A stretch of 64,000 bases of DNA from an uncultured Pseudomonas sp. (GTDB taxonomy: Bacteria > Pseudomonadota > Gammaproteobacteria > Pseudomonadales > Pseudomonadaceae), in NCBI GenBank assembly GCA_966186235.1, contig CBIFVM010000020.1, forward strand, positions 14,503 to 78,502, in the 5' to 3' direction. Each line of letters starts with the position of its first letter. Position 1 is the stretch's first letter. Both the position numbers and the translations under genes were made by a program. The notes beneath the pieces were generated by a model. It was not told the DNA's origin and searched no databases. It worked only from the letters and a program-made list of their open reading frames with translations. Positions 25,546-35,080 of this stretch are shown in pieces.

Positions 25546-27615
25546 ATGACCGATCTCGCCAAAACGCCCGCACCCTGGCATGCGGGCGAAACCTTCATCC
25601 AGGAAAAGCTCGGCGTCGCCGAACGGATGGATGCGGTCGGCAAACGCGTGGTACGCGACTTCATGCCCGACCAGCACCGGGATTTCTACGCCCAGCTGCC
25701 GTTCATCGTGCTGGGCAGCGTGGATGGGCAGGGCGATGCCTGGGCCGGCGTGCTCGAGGGCCAGGCCGGTTTCATCGCCTCGCCGACGCCCACCACGCTG
25801 GACATTGCCGCCCGGCCCCAGGCCGACGACCCTATCGGCCAGGGCATGGGCGAGGGCGCTGCGCTGGGCCTCCTGGGCATCGAACTGCACAGCCGGCGGC
25901 GTAACCGCATGAACGGCGTGGTGGCGGCGGGCGGCAAGGGCCTGCGGGTGGCGGTCGAGCAGAGTTTCGGCAACTGCCCACGGTATATCCAGCAGCGCGA
26001 CTTTACCTTCGCCCGTGATCCGGCGGTGCCGTTCGCCGCTACCGTCGAGCAGTTGCCGGCACTGGATGCCGCGGCGCGGGCAGTGATCGAAGGCGCCGAC
26101 ACCTTTTTCGTGGCGACCTATGCCGATGTCGACGGGCAGCGCCAGGTGGACGTCTCGCACCGTGGCGGCAACACCGGCTTCGTGCGCATCGATGCCGACG
26201 GCACCCTGACCATTCCGGACTTCAACGGCAACCTGTTCTTTTCCACCCTCGGCAACATCGTGCTCAACGGCAAGGCCGGTCTGCTGTTCGTGGATTTCGC
26301 CACGGGCGACGTGCTGCAACTGAGCGGCGACGCCGAGGTCATCTTCGAATCCCCGGAAATCGGCGCCTTTCAGGGCGCCGAGCGGCTGTGGACCTTCCGG
26401 CCCCGGCGTATCGTGCGGCGCCCGGCTGCCATGGCCCTGCGCTGGGCCCTGCGCGAGGACGGCTGGGCGGACACCTCGCTGCTCACCGGCAACTGGCAAC
26501 AGGCCGCCGATCAGCTACGCGCGGCCCAGTACGCCACGCAGTGGCGGCCAATGAGGATTGCGCGCATCGTTGAGGAAAGCCGGTCGATCCGTTCCCTGCA
26601 TCTGGAGCCGATCGACGGTGCCGGGGTGTTGCCGCACCTGGCCGGCCAGCATCTGCCGATTCGGCTGCAAGTGGCCGCGGGCGAGAAGCCGCTGATTCGT
26701 ACCTACACCCTGTCGGTGGCGCCGTCCGATGGCATCTACCGGATCAGCGTCAAGCGCGAGGGGCGGGTGTCGCAATTCATCCATGACGGGTTGCGCGAGG
26801 GCGATCTGATCGACGCCCGCGCGCCGGCCGGGGCATTCACCCTCGATGCGCAGGAGGAGCGCCCGCTGGTGCTGCTGGCCGGTGGCATCGGCATCACGCC
26901 GATGCTGGCGATGCTGCGCCATGTGCTCTACGAAGGCTGGCGCCGGCAGCGGATCAGGCCTGTCACATTGTTCTACGCCGCGCGCTCGAAAGTCGAGCGC
27001 GCCTTCGACCGCGAACTCGGCGACCTGGTGGCCGCTGCCCAGGGCGCGGTCAGGCTGGTACGGGTGCTGAGCGACACCAGCGGCGCCGAGCCGGGTGTCG
27101 ATTACGACACTGCCGGGCGCATCGACATGGCGCTGCTGACCCGTTATCTGGCCTTCGATGATTACGCCTTCTACCTGTGCGGGCCGCCGGCCTTCACCCA
27201 GGGGCTGTACGACGGCCTGCGCGGCTACAACATCGCCGATGGGCGCATCCATGCCGAAGGCTTCGGGCCGGCGTCCCTGGTGCGTCGCCCCGATCAGCCG
27301 GCGGCGGCCGCCGCCGTGACGGCTCCGCCGGCCACCGAGGCGGTGCCGGTGCTGTTTACCGAGTCGCTGAAGGAGGGGCGCTGGACACCGGGCTCCGGTA
27401 CTTTGCTGGAACTGGCCGAGGCTAGAGGCTTGGAACCGGAGTTCAGTTGCCGCGAAGGCTCTTGTGGCACCTGCAAGACGCGCCTGGTGAAAGGCGCAGT
27501 GAGCTACCTGAAAGAACCCAGTGCGCCCCACGGCGACGATGAAGTGCTGATCTGCTGTGCAGTGCCGGCGCAGCCGCAAGGCGCCGATGACGAGCGCCTC
27601 GAACTGGCGCTCTGA
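25546..27615 (+). CDS. Fusion: tandem pyridoxamine-5'-phosphate-oxidase-like domains + FNR-type FAD/NAD(P) reductase + 2Fe-2S ferredoxin
   Basis: PWHAGE start, DVSHRGG..GFV, RTYTLS, GGIGITP, YLCGP, CREGSCGTC...C; SD AGGAG; 689 aa. Confidence 0.88.
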   Translation: MTDLAKTPAPWHAGETFIQEKLGVAERMDAVGKRVVRDFMPDQHRDFYAQLPFIVLGSVDGQGDAWAGVLEGQAGFIASPTPTTLDIAARPQADDPIGQGMGEGAALGLLGIELHSRRRNRMNGVVAAGGKGLRVAVEQSFGNCPRYIQQRDFTFARDPAVPFAATVEQLPALDAAARAVIEGADTFFVATYADVDGQRQVDVSHRGGNTGFVRIDADGTLTIPDFNGNLFFSTLGNIVLNGKAGLLFVDFATGDVLQLSGDAEVIFESPEIGAFQGAERLWTFRPRRIVRRPAAMALRWALREDGWADTSLLTGNWQQAADQLRAAQYATQWRPMRIARIVEESRSIRSLHLEPIDGAGVLPHLAGQHLPIRLQVAAGEKPLIRTYTLSVAPSDGIYRISVKREGRVSQFIHDGLREGDLIDARAPAGAFTLDAQEERPLVLLAGGIGITPMLAMLRHVLYEGWRRQRIRPVTLFYAARSKVERAFDRELGDLVAAAQGAVRLVRVLSDTSGAEPGVDYDTAGRIDMALLTRYLAFDDYAFYLCGPPAFTQGLYDGLRGYNIADGRIHAEGFGPASLVRRPDQPAAAAAVTAPPATEAVPVLFTESLKEGRWTPGSGTLLELAEARGLEPEFSCREGSCGTCKTRLVKGAVSYLKEPSAPHGDDEVLICCAVPAQPQGADDERLELAL

Positions 27616-27708
27616 GCGGCGCAGCGAGCGAACCTTGGGCAGCCCCGCGCACAGTTTTTGTCGGGGCTGCCTTCAAGCTCGATTTGGGCCGGCAGGGCGC
27701 ACAAGAGC

Positions 27709-27730
27709 TCGAGGCTGAAGCCTCTCCTAC
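27709..27730 (-). repeat. Single GTAG-family REP of a second type
   Basis: Reverse strand GTAGGAGAGGCTTCAGCCTCGA with internal palindrome GAGGCT-TC-AGCCTC. Confidence 0.65.
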
Positions 27731-27889
27731 GCGATTGCGGATGGCAGCTAGGGTAATGGAGCCCGCGTTCCTGCGTGGCCGCTCGACCATGCAGCCTCAA
27801 TCGCATAGCCGCTCAGGGCGCGCAGATACGGCATACTCGCTGGGCTGCGCCACCAGCGCAGCCAACGCCTAAAGCAGAGGAGCGGGTGG

Positions 27890-28780
27890 ATGGATCGTTG
27901 GCAGGCGATGCGGGTATTCGTGAAGGTCGCGGAGACGGGCAGCTTCGCCAGTACCGCGCGGCAGATGCACATGAGCGCGCCGGCAGTGACACGCATCGTC
28001 GCCGGCCTCGAGGACCTGATCGGCGCGCGGCTGCTGGTGCGCACCACCCGTTCGGTGAAGACCACCGATGCCGGCAGCCGCTACCTGCAGGATTGTCGGC
28101 GCATTCTCGCCGATATCGCCGAGGCGGAACTGGCCGCAGCCGGGCATTACGCCGAGCCGTCCGGCACCCTGGCGGTGACCGCGGCGTCGATGTTCGGCCA
28201 CCTGCACGTGCTGCCCCTGGTGCTCGATTACCTGGATGCCTACCCGGGCATGCACGCGCGCACCTTTTTCGTCGACCGGCCGGTGAATATCCTCGACGAG
28301 GGCATCGACGTGGCGGTTCGTATCGGTCACCTGGCGGATTCGGGCTTTACCGCCATCCAGGTCGGCGCGGTACGCCGGGTGATCTGCGCGGCGCCGTGTT
28401 ACCTGGAGAAATACGGCGTACCGACCACGCCCGCCGACTTGAAACACCATCGCATCGCCGTGTCGCAAAGCGCCTGGGCTTCGCCGGAATGGCGCTTCGC
28501 CGAGGGCCAGCGAGTGCTGGTCGACCCGGTGCTGCAATGCAACACCAACGAGTCGGCGATCGCCACGGCCAGGGCCGGCTGGGGACTGACCCGGGTGCTG
28601 CACTATCAGGTCGGCCAGGCGCTGCAGGAGGGCGCGCTGCAGGTCGTGCTCGAAGGCTTCGAGGAGCCACCGCTGCCGATCCACGTGCTGTACCCCGAGG
28701 GCCGTCAGGCGCCGGCCAAGGTGCGCGCCTTCGTCGACCTGGCCGTGGCGCGCCTGCGTGGCAACCCGCTGTTCAACTGA
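27890..28780 (+). CDS. LysR-family transcriptional regulator
   Basis: MDRWQAMRVFVKVAETGSF..AR, LEDLIGARLLVRTTR, DEGIDVAVRIG. Confidence 0.95.
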   Translation: MDRWQAMRVFVKVAETGSFASTARQMHMSAPAVTRIVAGLEDLIGARLLVRTTRSVKTTDAGSRYLQDCRRILADIAEAELAAAGHYAEPSGTLAVTAASMFGHLHVLPLVLDYLDAYPGMHARTFFVDRPVNILDEGIDVAVRIGHLADSGFTAIQVGAVRRVICAAPCYLEKYGVPTTPADLKHHRIAVSQSAWASPEWRFAEGQRVLVDPVLQCNTNESAIATARAGWGLTRVLHYQVGQALQEGALQVVLEGFEEPPLPIHVLYPEGRQAPAKVRAFVDLAVARLRGNPLFN

Positions 28781-28876
28781 AAAGGCGCGACGCGTCGACA
28801 AAAATGCCCGCGGCTGTGGCTTTGCCCGAGCCGTTGCAGTCCAATGCTCATCGAATCCGCAAAGGGAAAGGTATCG

Positions 28877-30751
28877 ATGAGTCAGCACTCGCAATTCGCT
28901 CTGCTGAAGAGCCGGCGCTTCCTGCCGTTCTTCGTCACGCAGCTGCTCGGCGCGTTCAACGACAACATCTTCAAGCAGTCGTTGATCCTGGCGATTCTCT
29001 TCAAGCTCAGCCTGGAGGCGGATCGCGACCTGCTGGTCAACGTCGCGGCCATGCTGTTCATCCTGCCGTTCTTCCTGTTTTCCGCCCTCGGCGGCCAGTT
29101 CGGCGAGAAGTTCGCCAAGGACCTGCTGATCCGCCGGCTGAAGTTCTTCGAGATCTTCATCATGCTGGTCGGCGCCCTCGGCGTGCTGCTCGGCAACCTG
29201 ACGCTGATGCTCGCGGTGCTGTTCACCATGGGCATTCAATCGGCGCTGTTCGGCCCGGTGAAGTACTCGATCCTGCCCCAGGCGCTCAAACCCGAGGAGT
29301 TGGTAGGCGGCAACGCGCTGGTGGAAATGGGCACCTTCCTGGCGATCCTGGCGGGCACCATCGGCGCCGGCATCATGCTCACCAGTGCCCACTACAGCGT
29401 GATCGTCGCCGTCTCGGTGGTGCTGGTGGCGATGCTCGGCTATCTGTCGGCCCGCGGCATTCCGCGGGCCGGTGCCGCGCTGCCGAACCTGGCGCTGGAC
29501 TGGAACATCTTCCGGCAAACCTGGCTGACCCTGCGCATGGGCCTGACGCAGCCCAAGGCGGTGTCGCGCTCGCTGGTCGGCAACTCGTGGTTCTGGTTTC
29601 TCGGCGCGGTGTACCTGACCCAGATCCCGGCATACTCCAAGGAGTGGCTACACGGTGACGAGAGCGTGGTCACCCTGATTCTCACCGTTTTTTCGGTGGG
29701 CATCGCGCTGGGCTCGATGCTTTGCGAGCGCATGAGCGGGCGCAAGGTGGAAATAGGCCTGGTGCTGTTCGGCTCCATCGGCCTGACGGTGTTCGGCATC
29801 CTGCTCTGGGCGGCCTCGGGTGGCATTCCCGAGGCGGCGCAGCCCTACAACTGGCTGGCGCTGCTGGGCTTCGGCCACGCCTGGTGGGTAATGGCCTCGA
29901 TCCTCGGCATTGGCGTGTTCGGCGGCTTCTACATCGTGCCGCTGTATGCGTTGATCCAGTCACGCACCGCCGAGAACGAGCGGGCCCGGGTGATCGCCGC
30001 CAACAACATTCTCAATGCGGCGTTCATGGTCGTCTCGGCAGTGGTGTCGATCCTGTTCCTGAGCGTCGCCGGGCTGTCGATCCCCCAGCTGTTCCTGGTC
30101 ATTTCGCTGATGAACGTGGCGGTCAACAGTTACATCTTCAAGATCGTCCCCGAATTCACCATGCGCTTCCTGATCTGGATGCTCGGCCACTCCATGTACC
30201 GGGTGTCGCACAAGGGCCTCGACTCGATTCCGGAAGAGGGGCCGGCGGTGCTGGTGTGCAACCACGTATCGTTCGTCGATGCGCTGCTGATCGGTGGTGC
30301 GGTGCGTCGCCCGGTGCGCTTCGTGATGTACTACAAGATCTACAACCTGCCGGTGCTCAACTTCATCTTCCGCACCGCCGGTACCGTGCCGATTGCCGGG
30401 CGCAACGAGGACCTGCTGGTGTTCGATGCAGCGTTCAAGCGCATCGGCGAATACCTGCGCGACGGCGAGCTGGTGTGCATTTTCCCCGAGGGCAAGCTGA
30501 CCGCCGACGGCGAGATCGACGAGTTCAAGGCGGGCGTGGAGCGCATCCTGCAGGACAACCCGGTACCGGTGATTCCCATGGCGCTGGGCGGGCTGTGGGG
30601 CAGCTTCTTCAGCCGTGACCCGCGCAAGGGCCTGTTCCGCCGCTTCTGGTCGCGGATCGACCTGGTAGCGGGCGCGCCCATCGAGGCAACGGCGGCGACG
30701 CGGCTGGTGCTGCAGGCCGAGGTGAAGGCGTTGCGTGGGGATAATCGCTAG
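28877..30751 (+). CDS. MFS transporter fused to PlsC-type acyltransferase (LplT/Aas-like)
   Basis: RFLPFFVTQLLGAFNDN, GPVKYSILPQ; acyltransferase NHVSFVD and IFPEG; 624 aa. Confidence 0.92.
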   Translation: MSQHSQFALLKSRRFLPFFVTQLLGAFNDNIFKQSLILAILFKLSLEADRDLLVNVAAMLFILPFFLFSALGGQFGEKFAKDLLIRRLKFFEIFIMLVGALGVLLGNLTLMLAVLFTMGIQSALFGPVKYSILPQALKPEELVGGNALVEMGTFLAILAGTIGAGIMLTSAHYSVIVAVSVVLVAMLGYLSARGIPRAGAALPNLALDWNIFRQTWLTLRMGLTQPKAVSRSLVGNSWFWFLGAVYLTQIPAYSKEWLHGDESVVTLILTVFSVGIALGSMLCERMSGRKVEIGLVLFGSIGLTVFGILLWAASGGIPEAAQPYNWLALLGFGHAWWVMASILGIGVFGGFYIVPLYALIQSRTAENERARVIAANNILNAAFMVVSAVVSILFLSVAGLSIPQLFLVISLMNVAVNSYIFKIVPEFTMRFLIWMLGHSMYRVSHKGLDSIPEEGPAVLVCNHVSFVDALLIGGAVRRPVRFVMYYKIYNLPVLNFIFRTAGTVPIAGRNEDLLVFDAAFKRIGEYLRDGELVCIFPEGKLTADGEIDEFKAGVERILQDNPVPVIPMALGGLWGSFFSRDPRKGLFRRFWSRIDLVAGAPIEATAATRLVLQAEVKALRGDNR

Positions 30752-30768
30752 AACTCGAGATAGACCCC

Positions 30769-30834
30769 GGGTGTCGCTGCGCTCGACCCAGGCTACGCCA
30801 CAGACCGTAGCCTGGGTTGAGCACAGCGATACCC
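30769..30834. repeat. GTAG-family REP doublet (same family as 23542), GTAG ends facing inward
   Basis: 28-bp copies at 30769-30796 (minus) and 30807-30834 (plus). Confidence 0.85.
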
Positions 30835-30858
30835 AGGAAAACCGACGTTGTGCAATAA

Positions 30859-30884
30859 AGAAGCCCGCCAATCGGCGGGCTTCT
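30859..30884. terminator. Hairpin between convergent genes (probable bidirectional terminator)
   Basis: AGAAGCCCGCC-AATC-GGCGGGCTTCT. Confidence 0.65.
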
Positions 30885-30889
30885 GCGTA

Positions 30890-31207
30890 TCAGCCGTGGC
30901 TCATCTTCAGCCCGATCAGGCCGCAGATGATCAGCGCCACGCTGGCCAGGCGGATCAGCGCCATGGACTCGCCGAACAGGATGATCCCGGCGATTACCGT
31001 GCCGACTGCTCCGACGCCCGTCCAGATGGCGTAGGCGGTTCCCAACGGCAATTCCTTCATGGCCAGGCCCAGCAGGCCAAGGCTGACCAGCATGGCGGCG
31101 ATGGTCAGCACGGTAGGAAGCGGGCGGGTGAAACCGTCGGTGTACTTCAGGCCGACGGCCCAGCCGACCTCGAACAGGCCGGCGAAGAACAGAATGATCC
31201 AGGACAT
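30890..31207 (-). CDS. sugE: SMR guanidinium exporter Gdx/SugE
   Basis: [40 protein letters not shown]; riboswitch upstream. Confidence 0.95.
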   Translation of the reverse strand: MSWIILFFAGLFEVGWAVGLKYTDGFTRPLPTVLTIAAMLVSLGLLGLAMKELPLGTAYAIWTGVGAVGTVIAGIILFGESMALIRLASVALIICGLIGLKMSHG

Positions 31208-31226
31208 AAGGCGACTCCAGTCGAAT

Positions 31227-31272
31227 GGGGTCGTCCCCGGTAATCATGCACCTGAGCCGGGGTCGTCCCCGG
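31227..31272 (-). ncRNA. Guanidine-II (mini-ykkC) riboswitch
   Basis: Two GC hairpins with ACGA tetraloops (CCGGGG-ACGA-CCCCGG and GGGG-ACGA-CCCC) just before the sugE SD. Confidence 0.92.
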
Positions 31273-31316
31273 CGTGCTCCAATATTGTGCATGATTGATC
31301 GGTTGGGGCAAACCGC

Positions 31317-32258
31317 TCAATCGGCCTGTTTGTCATCCTTCATGCGGCGCAGGAACGTCGCCAGCAGCGGCCCCGAAAGGTTGTGCCAGACGCTGAACAG
31401 GGCGCTGGGCACCGCCGCCAGCGGCGAGAAGTGGGCATTTGCCAGGGCCGCACCGAGGCCGGAGTTCTGCATGCCGACCTCGATGGACAGCGTCTTGCGC
31501 TGCGCCAGGGGCATGCCGAAGAAGCGCCCGGCGGCGTAACCCATGGCCAGGCCGAGGCCGTTGTGCAGCATCACCACGGCCATGATCAGCAGGCCCGACT
31601 CGGCGATCTTCGCCTGGCTGGCCGCCACCACTGCGGCGACGATGGCGACGATGGACACCACCGAGATCAGCGGCAGCACGTCCACCGCCAGCTTGACCCG
31701 CTCACCCAGCAGGCGTTGTGCGACCAGACCGAGGATGATCGGTAGCAGCACCATCTGCAGGATCGAGGTGAACATTGCCCAGAACGACACCGGCAGCCAT
31801 TCGGAGGCCAGTAGCCAGATCAGCGCTGGGGTAACCAGCGGCGCCATCAGTGTCGTCACTGCGGTGATACCGACCGACAGGGCCACATCGCCCTTGGCGA
31901 ACCAGGTGATGACGTTCGAGGCGGTGCCCCCTGGGCAGCAGCCGACCAGGATCACGCCAACGGCGATTTCCGGTGGCAGGGCGAACAGCTGGCAGAGCAA
32001 CCAGGCCATGCCCGGCATGATGATGAACTGGGCCAGCACGCCGATCAGCACGCGCAGCGGATGGCGCACCACTTCGCGGAAATCCTCGGCTTTCAGGGTC
32101 AGCCCCATGCCGAACATGATCAGCCCGAGCAGCGGCACGATAAACGCCGTCAGCGGCAGGAAGGCGCCGGGCAGCAGAAACGCCAGGATGGCGAACAGCA
32201 GAACCCAGATGGCGAAGGTATTGCCGACGAAGCGGCTGAGGGCGACCAAGGCGGACAT
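31317..32258 (-). CDS. Bile acid:sodium symporter (BASS) family transporter, PanS-like
   Basis: IMFGMGLTL, GCCPGGTASN, SIEVGMQNSGLG. Confidence 0.9.
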   Translation of the reverse strand: MSALVALSRFVGNTFAIWVLLFAILAFLLPGAFLPLTAFIVPLLGLIMFGMGLTLKAEDFREVVRHPLRVLIGVLAQFIIMPGMAWLLCQLFALPPEIAVGVILVGCCPGGTASNVITWFAKGDVALSVGITAVTTLMAPLVTPALIWLLASEWLPVSFWAMFTSILQMVLLPIILGLVAQRLLGERVKLAVDVLPLISVVSIVAIVAAVVAASQAKIAESGLLIMAVVMLHNGLGLAMGYAAGRFFGMPLAQRKTLSIEVGMQNSGLGAALANAHFSPLAAVPSALFSVWHNLSGPLLATFLRRMKDDKQAD

Positions 32259-32507
32259 GGCAGAAATTCCCTATGAAGCCGTAGCAGGCTCCAAAGGCAG
32301 AGCGCTGTGCAGCCAGTTATTGTTGGATAGACAGCGGTGGCTGTCGGATGGGGCGGGTATTGGGCTGTTGTAAGAGAGCAGCTGCAATTGAAAGGCTCGC
32401 GAGCTAGAGCCCTGCAAGGCAAAAATAGGCGAGAAAGCGGAGTGTACTTTTGTACATGAGCATTTCGAGCCTATTTTTAACACCGCAGGGCCGACGCGCA
32501 GCAGCCT

Positions 32508-33428
32508 TTAGAGGCCTTGCGGGGTGTCTTCGCCACCCAGGGCTTCGAACAGTGCCGGCAGGAACTCGATCAGGGTCAGCATCATCAGCGTGAAGCTGGC
32601 GTCCTGCTGGCTCAGGTCATCGTCGCCACCATCCTGCTCGGCCTGCTCCTGCAGCAGGTCTTCGAACTTCAGGCGCTTGACCACCAGCTTGTCATCGAGC
32701 ACGAAGGACAGCTTGTCCTGCCAGGCCAGGGACAGTTGGGTGACCTGCTTGCCGGAGCTCATGTGCAGCTGCACTTCTTCGCCGGTCAGATCCTGGCGCT
32801 TGCAGCGCACGATGCCGCCGTCTTCGTGGGTGTCGCGCAGCTCGCACTCGTCCAGCACATGGAAGTCGGCAGCGGCCTGCTGGGCCTTGACCCAGTCGGT
32901 CATGGTCGCGCTCGGGGCGATCTTCACGGTCAGCGGGCGCACTGGCAGCGAGCCGATGGCTTCGCGCAGGGTCGACAGCAGGTCTTCGGCACGCTTGGGG
33001 CTCGAAGCGTTGACGATGATCAGGCCCTGGGCCGGGGCGATGGCGGCGAAGGTCGCGGACTTGCGAATGAAGGCGCGGGGCAGGAAGGCCTGGACGATCT
33101 CGTCCTTGATCTGCTCGCGCTCCTTCTTGTAGACCTTGCGCATCTGCTCGCTTTCGATCTCGTCGACCTTCTCCTTCACGGCATCCTTGACCACGCTACC
33201 GGGCAGAATGCGCTCTTCCTTGCGGGCGGAGATCAGCAGGAAGCCCTGGCTTTCATGCACCAGCGGTGCGTCCTCGCCCTTGCCGAACGGGGCGACGAAC
33301 CCATAGGTAGCCAGTTCCTGGCTGGCGCAGGGGCGCGCCGGCTTGGCGGCCAGTGCGGCCTCCAGTTTTTCGGTATCGAAGTCGACGTCCTGGGTGAGGC
33401 GGTAGACCAGCAGGTTGCGAAACCACAT
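32508..33428 (-). CDS. rdgC: Recombination-associated protein RdgC
   Basis: [30 protein letters not shown]-type motif; 306 aa next to tRNA genes. Confidence 0.95.
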   Translation of the reverse strand: MWFRNLLVYRLTQDVDFDTEKLEAALAAKPARPCASQELATYGFVAPFGKGEDAPLVHESQGFLLISARKEERILPGSVVKDAVKEKVDEIESEQMRKVYKKEREQIKDEIVQAFLPRAFIRKSATFAAIAPAQGLIIVNASSPKRAEDLLSTLREAIGSLPVRPLTVKIAPSATMTDWVKAQQAAADFHVLDECELRDTHEDGGIVRCKRQDLTGEEVQLHMSSGKQVTQLSLAWQDKLSFVLDDKLVVKRLKFEDLLQEQAEQDGGDDDLSQQDASFTLMMLTLIEFLPALFEALGGEDTPQGL

Positions 33429-33699
33429 GAGCGGGTTGTCTCCAGTTAACGGGTGCGCGCCGCAGCGCGCAGGAAATCTTCAATTCGGGCGCATGGCAGC
33501 TGCCTCAGGCAGCGCATGGGCAGTCTGGCGGCGGACAGGGAATCACGCCGCGCGACGATCAGACCCGCGCGAGGGCGCATTATTCCTTCCGCTGGTGGAT
33601 TAGGCCAACCCCGTATCGAGTCGTCATGTGATTTGCCCCGCCAAATGGCGGCGATTGCTAAGCCTTTGGATCGCCAATAAATTTTTTTCGCAAAGGGGG

Positions 33700-33728
33700 T
33701 TGCCAAGGGGCAGGGTGCTCTCTAGAAT
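33700..33728 (+). promoter_or_regulatory. sigma70 promoter of the tRNA operon
   Basis: TTGCCA-17 bp-TAGAAT followed by a GC-rich discriminator. Confidence 0.8.
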
Positions 33729-33749
33729 GCGCCCCACTTCGAGAGTGAA

Positions 33750-33825
33750 GGGTGATTAGCTCAGCCGGGAGAGCATCTGCCTTACAAGCAGAGGGTCGGC
33801 GGTTCGATCCCGTCATCACCCACCA
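33750..33825 (+). tRNA. tRNA-Val(TAC)
   Basis: GGGTGATTAGCTCAG...CTTACAA...GGTTCGATCC...CACCCACCA; 76 nt. Confidence 0.97.
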
Positions 33826-33837
33826 ATCGAGGTATGC

Positions 33838-33914
33838 GCAGCGGTAGTTCAGTCGGTTAGAATACCGGCCTGTCACGCCGGGGGTCGCGGGTTCGAGTCC
33901 CGTCCGCTGCGCCA
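33838..33914 (+). tRNA. tRNA-Asp(GTC)
   Basis: GCAGCGGTAGTTCAG...CTGTCAC...GGTTCGAGTCC...GCTGCGCCA; 77 nt. Confidence 0.97.
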
Positions 33915-33958
33915 TATATCGCTTCCAGGGCCCACTGAACACCCGGAAGCAACGCAAG

Positions 33959-33981
33959 AAAGCGCCCTAGGGCGCTTTTTT
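33959..33981 (+). terminator. Rho-independent terminator of the tRNA operon
   Basis: AAAGCGCCCTAGGGCGCTTT followed by further T residues. Confidence 0.85.
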
Positions 33982-34010
33982 CGTTTCTGCGTTTCGCCTT
34001 TTACCCGGTG

Positions 34011-34679
34011 TCAGATCGCACCGGGGCGAAAAGGCGGCTCGTCATCCGGCACATCGGCCAGTTCATCGAAGCCGGCTTCGATATCCGGTACTACGTAGCT
34101 TTTCCGCGGCAGCGCTTCTTCTAGCGAGTGCCGGCGACCCGTGCCCAGCAGCCCCACCAGTGCACCTGCCGCCAAACCGACAGCCGCGAAGGCCCACGGG
34201 TGGCGATGCACGGCCTGGCCCACAGCGTTAGCGCTCTGCTTGACCTGCTCGGTCGCGGCGCTGGCGCCATCGGCCAGATCATGCAGTTTGCGGCGCGCGG
34301 CCTGGGTGCTCTGTTCCAGCGACTGTTTGGCACTGTGCAGGGCATCGGCCAGGGATTCGTGATCTTCCGGCAAGTCCGGCTCGGGCGCCTTCGGCGTGTG
34401 TCGGCGCGTCTGCTCGACGGCCAGCCAGGCCAGGCCGATGGCGGTCATGGCAACGGGTACCGGATTGGCCTTGAGGGTCTGCCCCAGGCGTTCGGCCATT
34501 TCCAGGCCGCCACTGTCACGGCCGTAGGCCAGGGCTTGGTCGATCAGCCGTTGCGGGGTCAGGCGTGCCTCCACATCATCGATAAGTGCATCGATACGGC
34601 TGCGCTGCTGGTCAATTTCCTGCTCGAGCACTTCCGGGGACTTGAGCGATTCGGCGGCGATGCTGCTGTGGGTACTCAT
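34011..34679 (-). CDS. DUF3618-like membrane-associated protein
   Basis: SPEVLEQEIDQQRSRIDALIDDVEARLTP N-terminus, NPVPVA and HPWAFAAVGLAAG segments; ATG overlaps the upstream stop. Confidence 0.75.
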   Translation of the reverse strand: MSTHSSIAAESLKSPEVLEQEIDQQRSRIDALIDDVEARLTPQRLIDQALAYGRDSGGLEMAERLGQTLKANPVPVAMTAIGLAWLAVEQTRRHTPKAPEPDLPEDHESLADALHSAKQSLEQSTQAARRKLHDLADGASAATEQVKQSANAVGQAVHRHPWAFAAVGLAAGALVGLLGTGRRHSLEEALPRKSYVVPDIEAGFDELADVPDDEPPFRPGAI

Positions 34680-35080
34680 GACATTTGCCTCTGCACCGCT
34701 TCCTTGTCTTTCTGCAAGGAGTCCAGGGTGCGTTCGGGAGTGAGTTGGGAAGGAGCGAATTTCTGCTGACCGACCTTGAGCATGATCAGGCCGATCACGA
34801 TCACCACGACGCCGACGATCAGCGCGGCTGCCCAGGGCGGCATCACTTCGCTGAGGCCATAGACGGCGGCTAGCAGCAGCATCAGTACGCCGCACAGCAG
34901 CACGATGGCACCGCCCGCGACGGCGGCGATGCCGGTCTTGGTGGCTTGCAGCGAAGCATTCAGCTCGACCTTGGCGAGCGCCAGTTCCTTGGTGAACAGC
35001 GTCTGCACCTCTCGCGTCAGCTGGCGCAGCAGGCCGAGCAGCGAGGGCTCCAGTGGCGGTTGCCGAAGATCGTCGTTCAT
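34676..35080 (-). CDS. Phage-holin-like (YqjE-type) two-TM membrane protein
   Basis: LLRQLTREVQTLFTKELALAKVE, two TMs, PERTLDSLQKD. Confidence 0.8.
   Translation of the reverse strand: MNDDLRQPPLEPSLLGLLRQLTREVQTLFTKELALAKVELNASLQATKTGIAAVAGGAIVLLCGVLMLLLAAVYGLSEVMPPWAAALIVGVVVIVIGLIMLKVGQQKFAPSQLTPERTLDSLQKDKEAVQRQMS

Noticed and set aside
23542-30834. CRISPR array
   Set aside because: The repeats are inverted REP doublets without unique spacers, and there are no cas genes.
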